Positions 47,301-55,648 of a DNA stretch of 64,000 bases are shown piece after piece. Position 1 is the stretch's first letter. Every line of letters starts with the position of its first letter. The stretch comes from a virus, in IMG/VR virus record IMGVR_UViG_3300032020_000845, positions 1 through 64,000 of that record. One strand, 5' to 3'. The translations under genes and the position numbers were made by a program. The notes under the pieces are model-generated. The model ran no database searches. It saw nothing but the letters and a program-made list of their open reading frames with translations, and had not been told where the DNA came from.

Positions 47301-47780
47301 ATGTTAAATTGGTTTTTAAATTTTCTTTATAAATTTACATTTCCAAGAAATATAAAATGCTCATTGATTCGTTCAGACGCTAAAATTCCAACTCAAGCGT
47401 ATGAATATGACGCTGGGTGGGATTTATATGCAGTTGAAGATATTATAATTCCTTTTGGTTGGTGTAAAGAAGTACATACTGGGGTATGTTTTGAAATTCC
47501 TCCTGGGTGGGTAGGTATAGTTTCTACTCGTAGTAGTTATGGAAAAAAGGGCAGAGCTGCACACCATGGAATTATTGACCCTGGATATAGGAATGAGGTG
47601 TCTATTTTTATTCGAAATAGTGTTCAGTATACACATAAAGTGGAATCTATTAACATTTTAAAAGGGGATAAGGTTGCCCAAATTCTTTTTTTTAAATTAC
47701 CGAAAGTCAATTTAATTCAAGTTGGGCGGCTTTCGGAAAGTGAAAGAGGAAAGAAAGGACACGGCAGTAGTGGTAGATAA
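47301..47780 (+). CDS. dut: Trimeric dUTPase
   Basis: DAGWDL, RSS, GIIDPGYR, GDKVAQ, RGKKGHGSSG. Confidence 0.92.
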   Translation: MLNWFLNFLYKFTFPRNIKCSLIRSDAKIPTQAYEYDAGWDLYAVEDIIIPFGWCKEVHTGVCFEIPPGWVGIVSTRSSYGKKGRAAHHGIIDPGYRNEVSIFIRNSVQYTHKVESINILKGDKVAQILFFKLPKVNLIQVGRLSESERGKKGHGSSGR

Positions 47781-47813
47781 AACAACTACATTTATTTGTT
47801 TAAAGGAGGGAAT

Positions 47814-48029
47814 ATGGTTTTAGATGATCTTATTCCAGAATTAGAATTGGATATTATTCCAGCAGAAGATGGAGAGCTTCAAGTTGAGTTAATGCATAAA
47901 GAATTTTTTAAATATTTGAAGGAAAACGAAATTCTGGATTTAGATATAAATTTTATTACATCGCGAGAGTTGAAGGGGTTTGTTGAAAACCTTTATGAGA
48001 AATATAAACTTTATAAAGTCAATAATTAG
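47814..48029 (+). CDS. Hypothetical protein
   Basis: AAGGAGG RBS. Confidence 0.55.
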   Translation: MVLDDLIPELELDIIPAEDGELQVELMHKEFFKYLKENEILDLDINFITSRELKGFVENLYEKYKLYKVNN

Positions 48030-48050
48030 ATAAGACATTGAGGAGAAACA

Positions 48051-48137
48051 ATGTTAAAAGGTTTTATAGATTATTTGCTTATTGTATTGTGGATTAGTTT
48101 TATTCTTTATTTTTGGTATGAATGGCTTCGAGAGTAA
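48051..48137 (+). CDS. 28-aa membrane peptide
   Basis: GAGGAG RBS; hydrophobic. Confidence 0.45.
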   Translation: MLKGFIDYLLIVLWISFILYFWYEWLRE

Positions 48138-48140
48138 ATA

Positions 48141-48165
48141 TTTGTGTATAATATATTAAAATGAA
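48141..48165 (+). promoter_or_regulatory. Conserved phage promoter motif
   Basis: tttgtgtataatatattaaaatgaa upstream of the lipoprotein island. Confidence 0.75.
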
Positions 48166-48184
48166 TGGGAAAAGAGGTGAAGAA

Positions 48185-48481
48185 ATGAAGAAGTTAATTT
48201 TGTTATTCGTTGGTCTTTTGATTGTATTATTCAGTTTTAGTTGTTCCAAATGTTCCACCTGTCCTGGAGGAGATATGTGTGGAGATGTTAATGGTGATGG
48301 TCAAGTAAACCGGAAGGATTGGATTTCTTTGTCGAATTATCTATTTAATGGCGGTTCTATGGTTTGCCTAACCTGCGCAGATGTCAATTCTGATCATAAG
48401 ATAGACATGGAGGACGCTACTATTTTGTCACATTATTTGCTTGATGGAGAACCCGTACTTAATTGCTCGTTAGAAGAATAA
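48185..48481 (+). CDS. Lipoprotein with a dockerin type I domain
   Basis: Signal plus FSFSC lipobox; CGDVNGDGQVN..D...L.NYLF.GG ... ADVNSDHKID..DA..L..YL. Confidence 0.85.
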   Translation: MKKLILLFVGLLIVLFSFSCSKCSTCPGGDMCGDVNGDGQVNRKDWISLSNYLFNGGSMVCLTCADVNSDHKIDMEDATILSHYLLDGEPVLNCSLEE

Positions 48482-48552
48482 GAAGCTAAAAAAGAAAGTT
48501 ATTAGGATTAGAACAAAGTAGTAATAGAAGAGATATAAAAGGAGGAAGTAAA

Positions 48553-49086
48553 ATGAAGTTCACAAAAATTTTGTTAGCAGTAGTTTTAGTTGGTTTTATG
48601 TGGTTATCAGCCTTTGGATTTGATCCTCCAAAGGGATTGAAATGGAATATGGCATTCGTTGAAGTTGATTCTGTTTTGCAATTAAAATTGAAACCTTTAG
48701 GTGAGTTCCGAGGGTATCATATTTTTTCTTGTGGAAATATGTTATTTGGGTTTTTAAATACAAACAAATTAGCAGTTGTCAGGGCAGATACTTTCTTTTA
48801 CGAAAATTCACTTGAAAATGCAAACAAGTTTATTGATAGTTTAGAAAATGTGTATGGAGATACCGTCCTTGTTTTTGGTGAAATTGGAATAGAAGAAGAT
48901 CTATATTTTAAATTTGATATTGTTAAAAGGTATTTTTTTGTGGATGCGGACACTTCACAACTTTTAGTAGTTAGGTCAGATAAATCTTCAAATACTCTTT
49001 CTTGGATAAGAGTACAATATGAATCTCCTCTTTTTGTACAATTAAAAGAAAAGGATAGAAAAAAAGAAATTAATTTTGGGAGATAA
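48553..49086 (+). CDS. Secreted protein
   Basis: Signal peptide ending SAFG; mature region starts FDPPKGLKWNM. Confidence 0.65.
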   Translation: MKFTKILLAVVLVGFMWLSAFGFDPPKGLKWNMAFVEVDSVLQLKLKPLGEFRGYHIFSCGNMLFGFLNTNKLAVVRADTFFYENSLENANKFIDSLENVYGDTVLVFGEIGIEEDLYFKFDIVKRYFFVDADTSQLLVVRSDKSSNTLSWIRVQYESPLFVQLKEKDRKKEINFGR

Positions 49087-49115
49087 ATATTAAAATGAAA
49101 GAAAAGGAGGATAAA

Positions 49116-50177
49116 ATGTTAAAGTTTAGTTCTCTGGTATTAGTGTTGTTATTGATGTTTATTCCTAATTGTTCTAAAAATCCGGTTATTTCTCAGGTTG
49201 AACCGAAAACAGATATAACAACTTACAGGTTGATTACTGATCCATACATGAGAATCGAAACTGATACTGTTTTTGTTATCGATACTATTTTCACTACAGA
49301 CACTGCTATCGTTGCTATTGATACAATTGCTACAATGAGAGGGGATCTAGATTTAGATGGAGATGTTGATTGGGACGATTGGGGTAGCTTAAGTGAGCTT
49401 TTAACGTATCCCAAAGTACCCTATGGAAAAAACATAGATGTGAATGGAGATGGTAGAATAGATAATGGCGACTTAGTGTATTTGGGAAATTACTTGCAAG
49501 GAACGGTCATGGTCTACATCTATGACACGACTATTATTTTCGACACGGCCTTTGTTCCAGATACTGTATTTCAGTCATACGTTGTTGTTATTGTTGATAC
49601 TATTTTTATAGCTGATACCGCTTTTGTTATTGATACTGTTATTAATACTACTTTGATTGCTACAATGCGTGGAGATTTAGATTTAGATGGAGATGTAGAT
49701 TGGGATGATTACAGTGATTTAAGTGAACTCTTATCTTATCCTAACGTACCTTATATAAAAAGTGCGGATGTAAATGGTGATAATAAAGTAAATAATAACG
49801 ATCTGGTATATCTAGGGAAATATTTACAAGGAACAGGACCAGCACCAATATCGGATACGTCCTTTGTTTATGATACTATTTTTATTCCAGATACGATATT
49901 TGTTTTTGATACTACTTTCATTTCAGATACGTCCTTTGTTTTAGACACTGTTTTTACGATTGACACTGTTATAGTTGTTGATACTGTTTTTAGTGTTATC
50001 GATACTATTATCGTAGAAGGGCAAGCCCCGATCTCTGATATGATTTTTATATACGATACTACCTTTACTCAGAACGTGAGGTTTGTTCTAGACACTCTTT
50101 TTGTCGCAGACACTATTTTTACATATGAGAAGAATGTTCATAGTATAAAGGATAAGAAAGAAAGACTCAGGAGATAA
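49116..50177 (+). CDS. Lipoprotein with two dockerin domains and Asp-Thr hexapeptide repeats
   Basis: Signal plus Cys (IPNC-SK); two copies of RGDLDLDGDVD..D...L...DVNGD..(I/V)...DLVYL..YL; 22 DT dipeptides. Confidence 0.85.
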   Translation: MLKFSSLVLVLLLMFIPNCSKNPVISQVEPKTDITTYRLITDPYMRIETDTVFVIDTIFTTDTAIVAIDTIATMRGDLDLDGDVDWDDWGSLSELLTYPKVPYGKNIDVNGDGRIDNGDLVYLGNYLQGTVMVYIYDTTIIFDTAFVPDTVFQSYVVVIVDTIFIADTAFVIDTVINTTLIATMRGDLDLDGDVDWDDYSDLSELLSYPNVPYIKSADVNGDNKVNNNDLVYLGKYLQGTGPAPISDTSFVYDTIFIPDTIFVFDTTFISDTSFVLDTVFTIDTVIVVDTVFSVIDTIIVEGQAPISDMIFIYDTTFTQNVRFVLDTLFVADTIFTYEKNVHSIKDKKERLRR

Positions 50178-50180
50178 AAA

Positions 50181-50363
50181 ATAAATAGAAAAGACGTAAT
50201 CGGATATATTATCCACATATTAAAAAAGATATTTTCGCGTAAATATCGTCGATATTTACAGTATGTTGACTTGCAAGCAAAGATTGCTAAAATGGAACAT
50301 ATGATAGAGTTGAAGTTAGATCCATTTAAAGCAGTTAAAAAAATTGATGAAAAGAATTGGTGA
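50181..50363 (+). CDS. 60-aa ORF with ATA start (non-canonical start or decayed gene)
   Basis: AGGAG 7 nt upstream of ATA; its stop overlaps the next ATG (TGATG). Confidence 0.4.
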   Translation: MNRKDVIGYIIHILKKIFSRKYRRYLQYVDLQAKIAKMEHMIELKLDPFKAVKKIDEKNW

Positions 50364-51091
50364 TGATAAAAGATAAGAATTTTATAAATACCATTGAAAC
50401 ATACGAATCTATTAAGAAAATTATTAAGCCTGGTGATGTAATAAATCAATCAAATAGTCCAGAATGGTGGCAATTTTGGTTAGCATTTACTCATTTAGCA
50501 ATTAAATGGTATCAAAGGGAATTATTTGGAAGCAATTCTATTTGGAAAGATACTCATAGTATGTTATATTTAGATGAGAATAATACTTTTTCTGTTGAAT
50601 TTCCAAAAGTTGTGATGAAACCTCTTCGAGATTATTATTTATCAGATTTTACTATTTATAGAATGGACCTGACCAATCTAAACGAAATATGTGTTGAGAT
50701 CTTAAGGGATACTGCTTTGCAAATGATTGGGGAGGATTACGATGTTGGACAACTATTAGATATTGGAATAAACGAGATATTAGGATATCATTTTCAACGG
50801 AAGTTAAGTCTTTTTGATTTTGGAAGAAAAAGAAAGGTCTGTAGTGTGGGGGTTAGAATTTGTTTTGAAAATCTCGGAAATCAAGTTAGGACACCATTTG
50901 GGAAATCAACAAAACCTGGTAAATGGCTGTTCCACGATTTGAATCCAAGCATGTGGACTAAAAGAGAAATTGAGGAATATAGAGGAACAGATGTGGAAGC
51001 AACATCTCCAGCACATTTTGCTAATTCTAATTATTTTTGTAATGAGTTTAGATTAATTGCTAAGTTTAGTAAAGGAAAACAAATACTTTAA
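50363..51091 (+). CDS. Permuted papain-like NlpC/P60 (YaeF/YiiX-like) protein
   Basis: KPGDVI ... THSMLY ... DYD ... VCS, with His before Cys. Confidence 0.6.
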   Translation: MIKDKNFINTIETYESIKKIIKPGDVINQSNSPEWWQFWLAFTHLAIKWYQRELFGSNSIWKDTHSMLYLDENNTFSVEFPKVVMKPLRDYYLSDFTIYRMDLTNLNEICVEILRDTALQMIGEDYDVGQLLDIGINEILGYHFQRKLSLFDFGRKRKVCSVGVRICFENLGNQVRTPFGKSTKPGKWLFHDLNPSMWTKREIEEYRGTDVEATSPAHFANSNYFCNEFRLIAKFSKGKQIL

Positions 51092-51096
51092 AAATT

Positions 51097-53613
51097 ATGA
51101 GTTGTAATAAGTGTTCTTTATTTAAAAATTGTAAACATCCTTGTGTTCAAGGCGTTGGTTCTATTCCTGCAAATATAATGTTAATTGGAGAGGCCCCGGG
51201 CGAAGAAGAAGACAAGAGAGGCACTCCTTTTATCGGACTTGCAGGTAAACGCCTTGATATTATTTTGAAGGAGGCTGGATTACATAGAAATGATTTATAC
51301 ATAAGTAATTTGGTAAAATGCAGACCTCCTAATAATAGAGACCCAGAACCTGAAGAAATAAAAGCTTGTTCTCCCTATCTCGAAAAAGAAATTAAAGAAG
51401 TAAAACCTAAAATTATTGTTCCTTTGGGAGACCCTGCTCTTCAATATATATTAGGTCTTGAATTAATTACAAAATATGCTGGAACAAGGTATTGGAGTGA
51501 AAAATATAATTGTTGGGTAATGCCTACTTTTCATCCCGCTTATATTTGTAGAATTTTGGGAATGCAGGGAGTAATGGTTGATCATTTAAAGAATGTTTTA
51601 GAATGGTTAAGAAATCCGGTAGAACCAGATCCTCCTAAATATGTTATTGTAAACACAATAGAAAAAGCTAAAACTCTTTTTGAGAGATTAAATAGTGTTG
51701 ATGCTTTTTCTTTTGATTTAGAAACAAGTGGTTTAAATTCTCGAAAGTATAAAATTTTATGTTGCAGTTTTTCTTGGAAGGAAGGAACCGGAGTTGTCCT
51801 TCCTATATTACAACAACATTGTGGAGAGTTTTGGGGATTAGAAGAAAAAAAATGGATAATGGAACAATTAAAAAAAGTATTAGAAAGCAACATTGGTAAA
51901 ATTGGACAGAATTTATCCTTTGATATTCAATTTTTAAAAACTTATGGAATTGAATTAAATAATTTTATGTCTGATACAATGCTCGCCCATCATCTTCTTG
52001 ATGAGAATGTGGGAAGGAAAGGACATGGATTAGACACTATGGTTCTTCGTTATTTTCCCCATATGGGAAAATATGATGAGAGACTATTAAAATATTTACC
52101 TACTAAAAATACTTCTTATGCAGTAATTCCAAATGATGTTCTTTGGAAATATTCTGCAACTGATGCTGACGCTACTTTTCGTTGTTATAAAAAGTTTAAC
52201 CCTGAACTTGAAAATCAAGGCCTTATGCCTTTGTTTACCAAAATTGTTATCCCTTTTCAAAAGGTTTTATTAGAAACTGAATATCATGGTGTAAAACTTG
52301 ATGTTAAACGTCTTAAAGAATTGGAAAAAGAATATTTAAAACGATTGAAAGAAATTGAAAAAGAATTTCGAACAACAAAAGTAGTTGGAATGGTAGAAAA
52401 AATATTATATAGTAAAGCAATAAATAAAATTGAAAAGCGGTATGATCTTTTGAAAACAAAGCCTAAAATGATAACTAAAGAAAAATATATACAAAAATAT
52501 ACAAAGCCTATTACATTTAATTTAAGATCGTCTCCGCATTTACAAATATTGTTATTTGATGTTCTTAAATTTAAACCTGTAAAAAAGACTAAAAAGGGGG
52601 GTCTTTCTACTGATAAAACTGTTTTGGATGAATTGTCAGAGATGTCTCCGGAATTAACTAAATTAAAAGAACATAGAGATTTAAGTAAACTTTATAGTAC
52701 TTATGTAGTAGGAATGCTTGAGAGGGTAGATGAAAATGAAAGAATTCATACGGATTATCATGTGGATGGTACTGTAACGGGTAGACTTTCAAGTACAAAT
52801 CCAAATCTTCAGAATATTCCGCGTGATAGTGATATTAAAGAATGTTTTATTGCTTCTCCTGGGTGTGTGTTAATAGAAATTGATTCAAAACAAGCTGAAT
52901 ATAGATGTTGGGCTCATTATTCTAATGATCCAAAAATGATTGCAACAATTAAGTCTGGAGTAGATGTTCATAACCAGATGGCTTCAGAGTGTTTTGGTAA
53001 GAAAATAGAAGAAGTTACAAAAGAAGAAAGACAAAAAGCGAAGGGGTCCGTTTTTGGGTTAATGTTTGGAAGAGGCTCTAAAAGTCTTGCAGCAGAACAC
53101 GAAATGACTGAAGAAGAAGCAGAACATATTAGGAGTGTGTTTTTTGATCGTTATCCTAAGGCAAAAGATTGGATATATGGAATTAAAAAAGTGGCCCAAA
53201 CCTATGGTAAAGTAACTAATGCTTTTGGACGAATTAGAAGACTTCCTGCAGCTCAAATTCCTTGGAGTGAGGATATGGAAAAACATGACAGAAAGGATAG
53301 AAGCGAAGCAATGCGCCAAGCTGTCAACTCTCCAATCCAATCGATGGCGTCTGATATTACTGCTTTAACTGCTTATCGTATATATAAAAAATTAAAACAA
53401 ATAAATAGTAAAACAAAATTAGTCCTTACTGTACATGATTCTTTAGTTTATGAAGTTCTGAAAGAAGAAAAAGATATTTTTATTCAAATAGTAAAGGAAG
53501 CCGTCTCTCGTAGTTATAATACATTAAGTGGCCCTATCAAAGTTCCAATAGAATTTGATATTACTATCGGAGAAAGATGGAGAAAATTGGTAGAATTAAG
53601 CAAATATGTATAA
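51097..53613 (+). CDS. Family A DNA polymerase with N-terminal family-4 uracil-DNA glycosylase domain (SPO1-type)
   Basis: UDG: CNKC, IGEAPG.EED..G.PF.G.AG, VKCRPPNNRDP, TFHP. Exo: FDLETSG. Pol: TGRLSS..PNLQNIP, D..Q.E.R, NSPIQS, VHDS. Confidence 0.95.
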   Translation: MSCNKCSLFKNCKHPCVQGVGSIPANIMLIGEAPGEEEDKRGTPFIGLAGKRLDIILKEAGLHRNDLYISNLVKCRPPNNRDPEPEEIKACSPYLEKEIKEVKPKIIVPLGDPALQYILGLELITKYAGTRYWSEKYNCWVMPTFHPAYICRILGMQGVMVDHLKNVLEWLRNPVEPDPPKYVIVNTIEKAKTLFERLNSVDAFSFDLETSGLNSRKYKILCCSFSWKEGTGVVLPILQQHCGEFWGLEEKKWIMEQLKKVLESNIGKIGQNLSFDIQFLKTYGIELNNFMSDTMLAHHLLDENVGRKGHGLDTMVLRYFPHMGKYDERLLKYLPTKNTSYAVIPNDVLWKYSATDADATFRCYKKFNPELENQGLMPLFTKIVIPFQKVLLETEYHGVKLDVKRLKELEKEYLKRLKEIEKEFRTTKVVGMVEKILYSKAINKIEKRYDLLKTKPKMITKEKYIQKYTKPITFNLRSSPHLQILLFDVLKFKPVKKTKKGGLSTDKTVLDELSEMSPELTKLKEHRDLSKLYSTYVVGMLERVDENERIHTDYHVDGTVTGRLSSTNPNLQNIPRDSDIKECFIASPGCVLIEIDSKQAEYRCWAHYSNDPKMIATIKSGVDVHNQMASECFGKKIEEVTKEERQKAKGSVFGLMFGRGSKSLAAEHEMTEEEAEHIRSVFFDRYPKAKDWIYGIKKVAQTYGKVTNAFGRIRRLPAAQIPWSEDMEKHDRKDRSEAMRQAVNSPIQSMASDITALTAYRIYKKLKQINSKTKLVLTVHDSLVYEVLKEEKDIFIQIVKEAVSRSYNTLSGPIKVPIEFDITIGERWRKLVELSKYV

Positions 53614-53647
53614 CTGGAAAATTTTTGTTTGAATTAATGGAGGTAAA

Positions 53648-53887
53648 GTGAAATATATACAACATAATCCACAATTTATTAATGGCTACCCAGCTCCTTG
53701 TGAGGTTAATGGCCAAGATGTTATCAGTTCTCCAGTTTCTGTTCCGGTATGGGAGACAGTTTACAGGGACGGGGGGATTATAGATTTACCATCTGATGAG
53801 GTTTTTAAAAATTATCCTCGCACACGAAAGAGGATTAAGGTTTTTGATGGTTATAGATGTTTAGGTTGTGGAATAATTATTAAATAA
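53648..53887 (+). CDS. Hypothetical protein
   Basis: GTG start, GGAGGT RBS. Confidence 0.55.
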   Translation: MKYIQHNPQFINGYPAPCEVNGQDVISSPVSVPVWETVYRDGGIIDLPSDEVFKNYPRTRKRIKVFDGYRCLGCGIIIK

Positions 53888-53920
53888 TGTTGGGAAAAAT
53901 TTATTAACATTTTTAAAATT

Positions 53921-53940
53921 TAAGTGTATATTATATTAAA
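53921..53940 (+). promoter_or_regulatory. Conserved phage promoter motif (variant)
   Basis: taagtgtatattatattaaa followed by AAGGAGGT. Confidence 0.6.
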
Positions 53941-53963
53941 CGTAAAGTTAAGGAGGTAAAGTT

Positions 53964-55052
53964 ATGTATAACGAGTTAAGTTTTGCCACAGAAAAGGAAC
54001 ATGTAGCTGTAAAAGACATGTCTGAGGCTTTTAAAGCAGTTGAAGAGTTCAAAGCATTCCCTCAAAAAACTTCCCTTTCCGATGTTCAAGTTTCATTAAA
54101 TGGCGGAGCTAATTTAACCGTCGGTAGTGATTCCAGAAAAATGACACAATGGAGTCTTCAGTCTCTTTGTAGGATTTTAGGAATTCCCGATCCCTTTGCT
54201 CGTAAGATTCCAGTTGATTTATTACAGGAAAATATTTCTCGGTTGCTTCGAGAAAAATCGGAGGGAGTTGTCTCTCTTCTTGTTGGAAAAGAAAATGAAG
54301 TTGTTAATATTGTTTGTGCAGCTTATAAACCTTTTTATAATGAAACCTTTTTGAGTAAGATTAGTGAGCTTTTTAAAGACAAGCCGGTTGAATGGGAATC
54401 GATGAGAATTGGTCCTCGTGGTTTTGACCTTAATGTAATTGATCCGTCAATGAAACCATTGGAACCGCAAGTTGGAGATATTACTAAAATTGGTTTTCAA
54501 ATTATGAATTCTGATACTGGATTTCGTGATGCTGTTGCTAATCTTTATCTTTTCAGACTTACTTGTGTAAATGGAGCTACTTTGACTGAGGATTGGGGAG
54601 TTGTGCGAAGGAGAGCAAATAGAAACATTTCTCTTGATAAAGATTTTGGTTATTTTATGGATGGTGTTAAGCATTTAAAAGCTAACTTTGGAAGATTAGG
54701 TAAAGTGTATAATAAGATGCCTGAAACTAATTTGACAGATTTTCAAGTAGAGAGTGTTTGGAAAGCAACCAATCGTATTGCGGGACCAGAACAAGCGGAC
54801 GCAGTTATTGAGAAAGATGAAAATGGAAGGAAAGCTATTATACATTCGGTTACTGCAAAAAGAGCTCATAATAGACAATTGTTTGTTGAAGAACTTAAAG
54901 AACCTTCTCCTACTGATGTAAATTCTTATGGCACTTATAACAGAATAACTGATGCTAGTAAACAATATAAGTGGCAGCAAGCTCTTCAATTACAAAGAAT
55001 TGGTGGTAGAATAATATCGATGCTTACTGAACAATTTATGAGTAATAATTAG
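53964..55052 (+). CDS. DUF932/DUF945-like protein
   Basis: GFQIMNSDTG ... FRLTCVNG; C-terminal YNRIT. Confidence 0.6.
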   Translation: MYNELSFATEKEHVAVKDMSEAFKAVEEFKAFPQKTSLSDVQVSLNGGANLTVGSDSRKMTQWSLQSLCRILGIPDPFARKIPVDLLQENISRLLREKSEGVVSLLVGKENEVVNIVCAAYKPFYNETFLSKISELFKDKPVEWESMRIGPRGFDLNVIDPSMKPLEPQVGDITKIGFQIMNSDTGFRDAVANLYLFRLTCVNGATLTEDWGVVRRRANRNISLDKDFGYFMDGVKHLKANFGRLGKVYNKMPETNLTDFQVESVWKATNRIAGPEQADAVIEKDENGRKAIIHSVTAKRAHNRQLFVEELKEPSPTDVNSYGTYNRITDASKQYKWQQALQLQRIGGRIISMLTEQFMSNN

Positions 55053-55067
55053 CACATACCTCCTAAA

Positions 55068-55090
55068 TTTTGTGTATAATATATTATAAA
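55068..55090 (+). promoter_or_regulatory. Conserved phage promoter motif flanked by anti-SD/SD inverted repeat
   Basis: ttttgtgtataatatattataaa between atacctcct (55056..55064) and aggaggtat (55092..55100). Confidence 0.75.
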
Positions 55091-55103
55091 GAGGAGGTAT
55101 AGT

Positions 55104-55646
55104 ATGGCAGAAAAGGTTTTAGCTAAAGATGCTGAGATAAATAGTGTCTATTTGACACGCGGAGGTAAACAGGTAGATGCTAAAGGGAAAGAGAGTTTAT
55201 GGGGATTTCATCCTGTGCGTGTCCTTCGCAAAGAATTTCAAAAGGATGAAATTATAAAAGTGGCAGTTCTTACTCCTTGGGATACTGAATTGCCATTAGA
55301 CCCTAATTATCCGTTAGAGGTAACAGATTTGCAAACGTTACCAGCTGAAAGTACTTCTATATTGACAGATCGTAAAGTTTCTTTTGATGATGAAGCTCCT
55401 CCAGAATATATTGAGAAGTTAAAAACTACAAAGAAGGAAGAACAGGTTCGTGAAGATCCACACAAAGACAATAAAAGTATAGTTGTTGAAGAATTGAAAA
55501 AGGGAACGCCTCTGAAACAGATTGTGGAAAAGGTAGAAGGAATGGATTATCACGCTGTTTATAGTTATGTTTCGCAATTGAAAAAGAACGGAGTATACAA
55601 AATTCAAAAAGTTGGAAAGGGAATATTTAAAATAGTGGAGGGATAA
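55104..55646 (+). CDS. Hypothetical protein with probable C-terminal winged HTH
   Basis: LKQIVEKV.GMDYHAVYSYVSQLKK.G...KVGKGIF. Confidence 0.55.
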   Translation: MAEKVLAKDAEINSVYLTRGGKQVDAKGKESLWGFHPVRVLRKEFQKDEIIKVAVLTPWDTELPLDPNYPLEVTDLQTLPAESTSILTDRKVSFDDEAPPEYIEKLKTTKKEEQVREDPHKDNKSIVVEELKKGTPLKQIVEKVEGMDYHAVYSYVSQLKKNGVYKIQKVGKGIFKIVEG

Positions 55647-55648
55647 AG

